DNA from: Octopus sinensis
Lineage: Eukaryota
Direction: 5' to 3'
DNA: 64,000 nucleotides
Assembly (NCBI RefSeq): GCF_006345805.1
Contig: NC_043025.1
Span: 16,182,001-16,246,000 of the forward strand
Positions 53,042 to 64,000 of the stretch are shown piece by piece (the stretch's first letter is position 1; each line of letters opens with the position of its first letter). A model generated the notes under the pieces. The model did not search any database, was not told where the DNA came from, and saw only the letters and a list, made by a program, of their open reading frames with translations. The translations under genes were made by a program, and so were the position numbers.

Positions 53042-54305
53042 TTGGGTCATCCTATAAATAATGTGTTTTTTTATATACTTTTATTTTTCAAAATTAAGAT
53101 CTTTTCTTGTCTAAAATATATTCTCCTTCATTTTCTACAATGCTCTTCCATCTATCTCGTAGACTTGCAAGGCCCCTCTTCCAAGATTCACTTGTCCTTG
53201 ATGAAAAATACTCCTCCAGTACTGTTCTGACCTCGTCCACGGAATTCATATTTTTTCCATTTAAATGATTTTGAAGACTTCTGAATGAATGATAATCAGA
53301 CAGGGCAATGTCTGGTGAATATGGTGGGCGGGGCATCGTTTCCCATTCCAACTGCTCCAGCCTTTGGGATGCTATCCTCGCTGTATGTGGGCAAGCATTA
53401 TTCTGATGGAAGAACACCTTTTGTCTTGAAGCCAAAGATAATCCTTTTCCTTCTAGCGCTGATTTAAGCCCCTCAAGCTGCTCAAAGCAGATCTCCTTTG
53501 CTATCATTTGGTTTGGGTTTAAAAGTTCAAAGTGAACTAAAACTTTCATATCTCACCAAACAAATAACAACACCTTACATGGGTGAAGACTTTCTTTAGC
53601 CTGCGGTGCCAGTGTTTCTCCTTCCCTAACCACTGTCTTCAGAACTTGACATTTTTATAGAGAACTCACTTCTCATCACCAGTTAGCATTCGGTCCAAAG
53701 AAAGGTTCATTCATGAGATGTGACAGCAAAGAAGATCACACATTCACTCTCTGCATGCGATTAGACTTGGAAGGTTTGTGAGGAACCCATTGACCCAATT
53801 TGCTGACTTTCCAGATGTCAAATGGTTAAATGACCATATCCAAGCTTCTCTGCTAGTTCTTCAACAGTTACAATGGGATTTTGTTCCACCAGGGTTTGCA
53901 GGACGTCCTTGTCCAGCTCTGCAGATCTTCCAAGATGAGGCTCATCTTCTTGGCAGTAGTTTCCGGCTTGGAATTTCTGGAACCACCATTGACACTGGAT
54001 TACACTTATTGTCTGATCCTCATATACTTCATTAATATTCCTCGCACTTTCCATTGCGTTGTTGCCTTTATTGAACTCATAAAGCAAAATATGCCAAATA
54101 GGCTCCTTTGTCACTTCCATTATAGCTTTGAAAAAAATAAATGTTAAAATCGAACTGCACTCTTCAAAACTTGCACTAAGAAAAAGTACAAGGTAAAATT
54201 ACTCCCTGCTTTTATAGCAAATTGATGTAGGTAGTTTATCCCATCCCCTACGACTTTTAGTTCATGCAATTGAAAAAAAACTGCATTATTTATAGGATGA
54301 CCCAA
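53042..54305 (-). mobile_element. Full-length (1264 bp) inactive mariner DNA transposon
   Basis: Perfect 22-bp TIRs TTGGGTCATCCTATAAATAATG (53042-53063 / 54284-54305) flanked by TA on both sides. Transposase remnants include the HTH (LYEFNKGNNAMESARNI...WFQKF), LTGDEK*, FHQNNACPH and RPPYSPDIALSDY, with stops and frameshifts. Confidence 0.93.
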
Positions 54306-56099
54306 TATATACAGATGTATGGATGTGTGTGGTATTGAACCTGAAGTTGTATGGCTGCAAAATGAGCTTCTTAACCACACTGCCAGGCCTGCACTTATGC
54401 TATTTCACTAATGGGCAACAAATACTGGCAATGAATTGGTTAAGTCGTTTGAGCATCTGATGAAGTACTCTGTGATATTTTTTTTGTATCTCCACCCCTC
54501 TGGATCCTCCAACTCAATCATCCGTCCACCTGTTGTCGTCCTTGCTGCACTTCCCTCACTCCTTTTACCCCCCCCAGTCCTTCCTCCCCACATCAATGGC
54601 CCTCTGGAATCAACCCCCTGCTCATTTCTTTTCTGTTGGTGTGGAGTATTGCCTACTTTAACTCCCCCAGTCATGAAGGACCTTCAAGGGTCATCGGGTG
54701 TAAGTAAAAAGAGAAAAAAATATCCCACCGAGGTCAACATTGTCTTTCATTTCTCAGGGGTCAATAAATAAACTACCAGATTAGGACAACAAACTGGTGC
54801 AATTATTCAAAACTTGTATTATTTGCTCTGGTCCTTGAAGTTCTGAGTTCAACTCTTGCTAAATACTATTTAGGTACCCCCTTAATTCTTGGATGTCCTT
54901 ACAAGAAGGGTTCATTATTTTGCAAGCATTTAGGTTAAGTTTCCAAATTATAGCATCTTTGTGCAGCCAATAAAATAAAGTAGCAGTGAAATACTGGGGT
55001 AGATTTAATATTTCTATAAAACATTTGAGATGTCAATGGAATTATTATAGAAAACTAAGACTAACTTTACCTTTTATGCTTCTGGGGTTGATAAAGTATT
55101 GTAGCAGTGAAATACTGGGTCATTTGAATTATCCTCCTTCATGTGCCCCTAGACTATTTGACCTTGTGATCTCCCTGCAATGGAACCTAGTACCCCCACC
55201 CTTCAGAAATACTGCTCTAAGTCAGTTTTTCTTTTTGAAACCAACAAAAATAACGTAACACCACTTTCTAACCTTCACAGGCTTGTCCTTTCTGGCAACC
55301 TGGTATGTCTGCCCTTCATAAATATTGTCTTGAGATAGCTTTCATTTTAAACCTGAAAAAATGAGAGTAAAAGCCCTTTCCAATTTGCACTGCCCGTTCA
55401 GCTCCCTGCATGAAACCCTGACACCCACACCCTTCAGAATCACTACTAACATAATTTTTAAACAAATGGTAAAAATTGAGTAACCTTTCTTTCCAATCAT
55501 CCCAAGCTTGTCAACCCCACTACCAGGGTCCATCTGGTCCATCTGCTGCCTGTTAGTAACCCTGCTCCAGTAACTTTAAAATTTACAGAAATGGATCAAA
55601 ATGGAGCAAGACCCTTCACAAGCCTTATAGTCGTGTCCAACTCACTACAGTGATGCCAAGTCTTCTCCACCCTTCAGAAATACTGCCTTAAATAATAATT
55701 TTTTTAAGCCAACAACAATAGACCACCAAATAGCAAATCCAGTGATGGTCAGCTGATGTGTGCAGTATCTGAGACACAAGTTCAAATCCCACATTCTAAA
55801 CCCTGGTGCTATATTTTTTCATCTAAAATTATTTCTTAAAACGGCAAATGCAGTTTATAACGATTAATGATAATTTGTTTGTTCTTGTGATTAAAAAAAA
55901 TAAAAATATTTTTATGATACATATATTTTCTAATAAAAAATATATTGAAAATTTAAAATTTATGATTTGCAAATAAAATTTATCTTTGTTGGGGTAAAAA
56001 CATTTATTGCTTTGTGTAGAATGAAAACCCAGATGTCCCCCAAGGTTGAGCCTTTTGTTTGTTTTTCCTGCTTTGCTTTTTGACCTGTTTTCAAATTCT

Positions 56100-56640
56100 A
56101 GGGGGTCGGAATTAGTAAAATATTGTATTTGATGGTACACACACAAAAGAAGGTCCATCCATCAGCATCACTGTTACTAGGAGGCCATTTTAGAGTCCCT
56201 AGGCTCCTCCTCCATAGGGTCCTATCAGAAACTAGTATCATAACATTTTCCAGCTGAATTCCCAAGCATTGCCAAACGAGGCCAAGGGTTAATAGCAACT
56301 CTCCCCTCCTTGGTCTACTTCTTGGTCTCCAGCGAAGTTGACTCGACTTGAAGAACCTGTTTGTGATTCTTTCCTGTGGCACCCTAAACGCATGTCTGTA
56401 GAACCACAGCTGTGACTTCTCAATGGTTAAGGATACTGTCCAACCATCTCACTTGAAGGATCCATCTTATGAATTGTTCCTGCGGCACCCTAAACGCATG
56501 TCTGTAGAACCACAGCTGTGACTTCTCAATGGTTAAGGATACTGTCCAACCATCTCACTTGAAGGATCCATCTTATGAATTGTTCCTGCGGCACCCTAAT
56601 TGCCTCATGTCTGTAGAACCACAACTGTGACCTCTCGTTG
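56100..56640 (-). mobile_element. Old RTE-like LINE C-terminal fragment containing a 106-bp x2.5 tandem duplication
   Basis: Repeat starts at 56371, 56477 and 56583. Peptide remnants FIRWILQVRWLDSI, SQLW.Y.H..RVPQERI and RPRSRPRR...SDRTLWR. Confidence 0.55.
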
Positions 56641-56892
56641 CAGAGAATTAGAAGCCTCTTTTGAAGATATCCACAGGAACATCCTTGCAAAAACAGAAAA
56701 AAAGAGGGAAAACAAGGATACTATGACTGGTTTTGACCAGCCCCATGTCCAGTAAGTCCACCATCATCAATTCACCGCAGGGGGAATTCAATGTCATCAG
56801 TTTACCATTTATTTTAAAATACTTTTTAACTATTAATGCTGAGATTTTCTGGGTAGATTTTCTTGGTGAACTTTCTTTACGGTGATTTGATG

Positions 56893-57255
56893 GAGGTGAG
56901 TTGGCAGAAGCATTAGTGCACCGGGAAAAATGCTTAGCGGTATTATGTTCTGAGTTCAAATTCCACCTTTCATCCTTTCGGGGTCGATTAAATAAGTACC
57001 AGTTACACACTGGGGTGAATATAATCAACTTAATCCGTTTGTCTGTCCTTGTTTGTCCTCTCTGTGTTTAGCCCCTTGTGGGTATTAAAGAAATAGGTAT
57101 TTCGTCTGCCGTTACGTTCTGAGTTCAAATTCTGCTGAAGTCAACTTTGCCTTTCATTGTTTCGGGGTCAATAAATTAAGTACCAGTTGCGCACTGGGGT
57201 TGATTTAAATGAATGGCTCCTCCCCACAAATTTCGGGCCTTGTGCCTAGAGTAGA
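56893..57255 (+). mobile_element. Third tRNA-like SINE family (tandem partial copies)
   Basis: TTCTGAGTTCAAATTC...CTTTCATCCTTTCGGGGTCGATTAAATAAGTACCAG. Related copies are at 19210-19620, 31640-31850 and 54840-55200. Confidence 0.7.
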
Positions 57256-59081
57256 AAAGAGTTGATGGAGGTGAACTTTTCCTGCAGGGAACTTACCTGT
57301 AAATGACCAGCCCACCTTCCTATGCAGCCTCTGCAGTCATGCCTGCCAGTCCTGAACTGGACACATTGGGCATTAGCAAATCTGCAACAGACATGGACCT
57401 CCACCTCGGTAAATCCTTGCTTGCTGAGCCAGGCATTACCCTTTAATAATGAACTGGAAGAATGATGTCCCCTACACCAGGGAAAAGTGGATAGCTGATT
57501 CATTAGAGTAGAATTTTTGTCACCTCTCTGGTAATCTAATGTTTCAAAGCTGAAAGTCATTTGTATTAGAAATCCAGGTAAAAAAAAAAAGAAAAAATTG
57601 TTGATCACTGTCAGCAGGAAACCTCAGGAACCAGAGACGTATCAAAAACTTCCACTCAAAAGAAATATTAAATTACACGAACCTATGTCTCACTCTTGTG
57701 AATAAGAACTGCATTTGAAGGAATAACCTGAAAGTTAAAAGGTTGAAGCAGATACGTACTCAACAACTTAACTGTGATGTTCACTCTGAGATTGTGTCCC
57801 TTAGAGACTGACAACGTTAAAGAACATGAAAATATATCAGTGTTCTGTCTTTTATTCATTTACTTATTTAGTCATTAGACTGTGGCCATGCTGGGGCACC
57901 ACCTGGAAGAGTTTTAATCGACTGAATCGGCCCCAGTAATTTTTTTGTTTGTTTTCAAATCTGATACTTATTCTATCAGTCTCTTTTGCTGAACTGCTAA
58001 GGTATGGGGACATAAACACACCAACAGCAGTTGTCAAATGATGGTGAGACATACACACATGCAGGTGCATGCACACACACACACACACACACATATATAT
58101 GATGTGCTTCTTTCAGTTTCCATCTACCAAATCCACTCTCAAAATGTTGATTGGTTTGAGCCAAGGAGAAGACACTTGCCCAAGGTACCACACAGTAGGA
58201 CTGAACTTGGACCCAAGTAGCTAGGAAGCAAACTTCTTACCACACAACCAAGCCTCGACCTGTGCCAGTGGCACGTAAAAGACCTGTGCCGGTGGGCACG
58301 TAAAAGCACCATCCGTTCATGGCCGTTTGCCAGCTCTGTCTGGCACCTGTGCGGGTGGCACGTAAAAAGCACCCACTACACTCACGGAGTGGTTGGCGTT
58401 AGGAAGGGCATCCAGCCGTAGAAACATTGCCAGATCAGATTGGGCCTGGTGCAGCCTTCTGGCTTCCCAGACCCCAGTTGAACCGTCCAACCCATGCTAG
58501 CATGGAAAACGGACGCTAAATGATGATGATGATGATGATGACTCACCATCTATGACATGTTGCTGTAGTTAATTAGACGTTCAAGAATATGTCTGTTTTG
58601 TGTATGATGCACAATTTGCTATTTTAAACTAATACTATCTCAGTTGCAAATAATAAAAAAAAAACATTGGAAAAATTGTGTTGGTGCCCCATCATTGCAA
58701 CCCTTTGTTAATGAGAGACAAAATAGTTTTGACTCCTTATAATTCTGTATTTCTCTGAAGTTTTGTTGGATATGTTTTAAGAAATTTAAATGAACTTCAT
58801 TTTACAAACATGGCAATTTTTTTGCCTTCTTTATCCATCTTCACATTCTCCTCATAGGTAGAGTATGAGGATTGAACCTGCCACCTTCCCATGAAAAACA
58901 CTGATGGACATGTACACGTGCACGTACACACACATATATAAATAATATGGGTAGCTAATTTAAATTTTTCAACCTAAAGGTATAAAAATATACATCACTA
59001 AAGTGACAAAGGCACTAATCAGGACCAGTACTGCTAGAAATTAGAGTCAAACTTTATATATATATATATATATATATATAG

Positions 59082-59247
59082 GTAAACAGTAAAAATAATT
59101 ACAGACATGGACAAGAACATGAAACACCACAGAGACGACAAGAACCACAGGACGGGACATTCGAAGCCCTCAGTCATCAGTCAAGAACCAGATCATCTTA
59201 GCAATTTCGGCTGATTAATCTTGAGATTGCTCCGATATGGGCAGCCC
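59082..59247. repeat. Dispersed direct repeat, second copy at 62522-62689
   Basis: About 165 bp, near identical; possibly the end of a Penelope-like element. Confidence 0.8.
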
Positions 59248-59544
59248 GCCAAGGGAAATCTAAGCCAAGCGCATTAGATCCCCTGGAAGAAAGCTTTGAA
59301 TGTATACAACATGAGGACGGAAAACGAACGAAGTACACGAACAAAAATACAGAATACGTGACACCAATAAGAATACAAAAACGTAAAAACAATAACAGTA
59401 AAAATAAAAAACAAAACGAAACCAGGACGTAGGACAAGGGTCTTTCGACAGGACGAGTTGAGTATGGGGCTGGCTTGTGCAGTTGTGCCTAATGGCCGCA
59501 GGGAGACGAACAAATACGTGTTGCTTCGGCGGCATACATATATG

Positions 59545-59575
<31 letters not shown>

Positions 59576-59591
59576 TATATACATATATACA

Positions 59592-59624
<33 letters not shown>

Positions 59625-59670
59625 GAGTATATGTATATATATATTATATATATATATATATGAGTATATG

Positions 59671-59748
<78 letters not shown>

Positions 59749-59750
59749 TA

Positions 59751-59781
<31 letters not shown>

Positions 59782-59990
59782 CTATATAAAATGCGACAAG
59801 AATGCAATACAAAATGGGACAAGCACCAGATTAGCCTCGCAATAAGAAAGAAAACTTCGAATGACCTGTCCTTGTTTTCTTTGTATTGTCTATCTGGATG
59901 TTTTGTCCCTTTTTCTATCACCTAGCTGTCCGCATGTTTTGCGTGTTCTTGTCCCATTTCTGTATTTATATATATATATTTATATATAAA

Positions 59991-60567
59991 TTAAAAATGA
60001 GGGTGTCTGAGAGACACCAACATGCCGAAATAGCAGTCGAAATTCTGACTATAAAATCCACGTTAAGTGTTCATATCGTACCATGAGATAAGACAGAGGG
60101 ACAAAATAGACAAGCAAAAGTTATTGAATAATTCAAGATCCAGGATTTCTGGTTTTGCTTTAAATAAGCTTTACCGTCATCAATTGAATATATCAAGGGT
60201 ACATAAATACAGATATATATATGCAGAGCAAACGATATACTTACATATACGAACGTCCATACATACATATGTACGTATGCACACGGCCAGTTAAATTGCC
60301 CGCCAAAACACCCCATAAGCACGATATGGTTAAAATAAACACCGCAGTGAATATAATAACGAATTATATAACTTTATAAATGAGGATAATATCGATATTT
60401 AAATATCGATATTATCAAGTGGCCAGCATGGGAAAAAATACCGTACAAACATAATAATTTTTTACAATTAAAAATGAGGGTGTCTGAGAGACACCACCAT
60501 GCCGAAATAGCAGTCGAAACTCTGACTATAAAATCCACGTTAAGTGTTCATATCGTACCATGAGATA
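59991..60567. repeat. 100-bp direct repeats (59991-60090 and 60468-60567) with a short internal palindrome
   Basis: ttaaaaatgagggtgtctgagagacacc...atcgtaccatgagata occurs twice; the palindrome GATAATATCGATATTTAAATATCGATATTATC lies at ~60385-60416. Confidence 0.85.
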
Positions 60568-61228
60568 TAAATATCGATATAATCCTCAGTTATAAATTTA
60601 TATATATATATATATATAGTAATAGATAAATATGACCTAGGTATCCAAGTGTAGGAAGTTCGTAAGCTTCAAGCAATTAGATGGTTAGTATAGGAGACAG
60701 AAAATGGACAATGTACAATAAATGAGTTTATTAACATCATAAGTTGTGTGTGTATCTCATTTCATAGTGAAATCACAAAAATTTCGATAAGCTCTCAGTT
60801 TAGCAATTTGCTAAAAATGTGAATATAGGTATGAAAACTAGAAATTAGATAGCAACACGGTTCAGTGATACCACACACTCTTCAGAGATGGCAGGTAGGT
60901 ATGGAAAAAATATTTTTTCTCTTAAAAGCAAAAGACTTGAAATTTTGTGGGTGGGAGTTATTCTGTAACATCAACCCCTGTGCTCGACTGGTACATGTAT
61001 CTGTGACCCCAAAAGGATGAAAGGCAAGGCCAATTTCGACAGAATCCATACTTAGGACATGAAGCAGAATGAAATGTTGCATGCAAATGATTCAGCCAAT
61101 TTGCTGCCTAAAAGAGGGAAACAAATTTATTAACAAATGTGCAAATGCACATTTTTCTGACTTAGATTCTTAGACAGCTATGTATGTGTGTGTGTATATA
61201 TATATATATGTGTGTATGTGTGTGTGTG

Positions 61229-61259
<31 letters not shown>

Positions 61260-61284
61260 ATATATATATATGTGTGTGTGTGTG

Positions 61285-61370
<86 letters not shown>

Positions 61371-61411
61371 GTGTGTGTGTGTATATATATATATATGTGT
61401 GTGTGTGTGTA

Positions 61412-61479
<68 letters not shown>

Positions 61480-61486
61480 ATATATA

Positions 61487-61647
<161 letters not shown>

Positions 61648-61654
61648 TTATATA

Positions 61655-61721
<67 letters not shown>

Positions 61722-61968
61722 GTGTGTGTGTGTATATATATATATATGTGAGAAAGAATAAGTTGAAGTAGAACAATTCACACTTTTATGGTGAGACCAA
61801 AAAGATATATTTCTAATAAATATTAATCATATCAAAATGATATCATGCTAAAGCAAGCAATTAAAATATGAAAATAACAAGTAAAAGCTTGTTATAAGCA
61901 AGTAGAGGATAAAATCTTATATAAAACACTATAAACAGTTAGAAAAATGCCCTATATCAAACATTTTA

Positions 61969-62011
<43 letters not shown>

Positions 62012-63523
62012 ATATATATATATATAAATATTACGGTGATGTACTCGCATAGCAAGTAATTGATCTGAGATCGTGTGCTGAAACGAAAACAATTGCAGCG
62101 TGGAAGGTGTTTGTAAGCCATTTAAGAAACACACAAAAGCCGTTCGATTCACTTCAACATTTAAGTTTAATTTGTCAAAATATTTTCGTTGCTAAAATAC
62201 TATATATATATAGTACCAATATTATATATATATATATAGTACCAGTATTGCTAGAATAAAACAACACGGGTGCAATAAGCACCATTTTATTGATCAACAA
62301 GAGAAGCAACCTCCCTAAGCACTGGGCGAAGCTTGCCTCCCTTGTCAGACAATAGAATTGTGCTTATTGCACCTATGAGTTGTTTTAACTCTTATTTCTA
62401 GCAATGCTGGTGCTGACTAATGCCCTTACTCATTTTAGTGATGCTTTTAATTTTGCTTTTCAGTTATAAAATTGCTAACAAGCCACCCTTATTATACACA
62501 CACACACACATGTATATATATGTAAACAGTAAAAATAAATACAAACTGGGACAAGAACATGAAACACCAAAGAGACGACACAAGAACCACAGGACGGGAC
62601 ATTTGAAGCCCTCAGTCATCAGTCAAGAACCAGATCATCTTCGCAATTTCGGCTGATTAATCTTGAGATTGCTCCGATCTGGGCAGCCCCCATGTGTGTG
62701 TGTGTGAAAAGGTTGAATTATATTTCATCCTTTACTTTGGAGGGTTCCAATGGGCGATTTCTAACAAAGATTCTTCATATTTTGCTGGTAGCTTACTGGC
62801 GGAAGATTTATGCGAATATGAAAATATTAAATGTATATGGAGTGTTATGAGAATTTATGGAAGGGTATCCCATAGAAACTCCACAAATTTGTTAAAAATG
62901 GAGAAGAGAAGATGTTAAAATTTGAAAGAATTTTCATAGAAGAATATAATCGTTTCAGTGAGATTAACATGTAAATACATGGTAGAATAATTAAATCAAT
63001 TTGAGTAAATTAAATTAATTGCATATAACTGTTCTCCTCAGTACAAGAAGTATACAGCAAAAAACCATTACAGAAGATGAAGGAAATAGCAGATAACCAA
63101 TTCGGATGTACATAAGGATATCCTTATGAAAAATTGAGATCAAACTAAAGAATGCTGTTGAGTCTAGTTGTGTATAAAGACACGAGTAATCAATGCCAAA
63201 CAATTTTACAACCAAAAGGCAAGAATAAATACGTCACTAAAATGACTAAGGACACTAGTTTTTGCATTTATGTACTCTTGTGTGTGTATATGTGTGCATA
63301 TATATATATATATATATAATATATATATATATAACGGGAAGCTTTATGAAAATAGACAAAAGACGAAGGCAGGTGGAGTACAAACAAACAATTGTATTAG
63401 TATGGCGCTCAGGAAATATAAATAAAACAAGTCTTTAACGTTTCGAGCCTACGCTCTTCAACAGAAAGATACACAGAAAAGAAACACGGAGAGAAAAAAA
63501 TGCGTACAGAGGCTAGCGAATCA

Positions 63524-63606
<83 letters not shown>

Positions 63607-64000
63607 GACCCCTTCAGTCATGAATGACCATGGATTACACCTAGAAGATTACCCTCCGAGGCACAAGTCTGGACAAGGTTGTTTATGGAAGACCAGCAGT
63701 CGCCCACACATACCAGCCCCTCCTCTCCACGCCACCAACGTTGTCCAAGGAAAAGGCAAAGGGGCCGATACAGCTTGGTGCCAGTGATGTTGCAGCTCAT
63801 TTATTCATGTGCAAGTGGCTGAGCACTCCGCAGACACGTGTACCCTTAGCGTAGTTTTTGGGGAGATTCAGCATAACACAGAATGTGACAAGGCTGGCCC
63901 CTTTGAAATACAGGTACAACAGAAACAGGAGGAAAGAGTAAGTTTGTTGTCATCCATGCTGACATAGGGCTGGACGGTTTGACCAAGGCTGCCAAGCTGG

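Noticed and set aside
59150-59260. CTGATGA and CGAAA words in the dispersed repeat (also near 23457-23500)
   Set aside because: The order and pairing do not give convincing hammerhead helices.

Overview
AT-rich eukaryotic (animal) genomic DNA with a very high density of (TA)n, (TATG)n and (CAT)n microsatellites, tRNA-derived SINEs, RTE and CR1 LINEs, Penelope-like and mariner remnants. From recall, this repeat landscape looks like Octopus; the species is not verified. The window holds the last seven coding exons of one + strand gene, a peroxisomal D-aspartate/D-amino-acid oxidase (DDO-like). Its 625 coding nt (207 aa plus stop, ending in the PTS1 signal SKL) are spread over 48 kb (884-49102), and all six introns are GT-AG and frame-compatible; the FAD-binding N-terminus lies upstream of the window. 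The introns carry three copies of cellular RNAs, all in sense orientation, all starting right after a (TA)n tract and none with a poly(A) tail: an intronless frameshifted KAT7/HBO1 copy, a U6 snRNA pseudogene with CpG decay, and a FAM162 (UPF0389) copy with an open reading frame. A 50-nt piece of the KAT7 copy has been pasted into a SINE 1.1 kb upstream with microhomology at both junctions. The window also has several minimal hammerhead-ribozyme-like motifs, many long fold-back hairpins (one about 146 bp long just 3' of the stop codon), a 44-bp higher-order minisatellite and a ~104-bp tandem array. Nearly all long ORFs in the supplied track are repeat artefacts. All calls come from reading the sequence by eye; no database searches were run.
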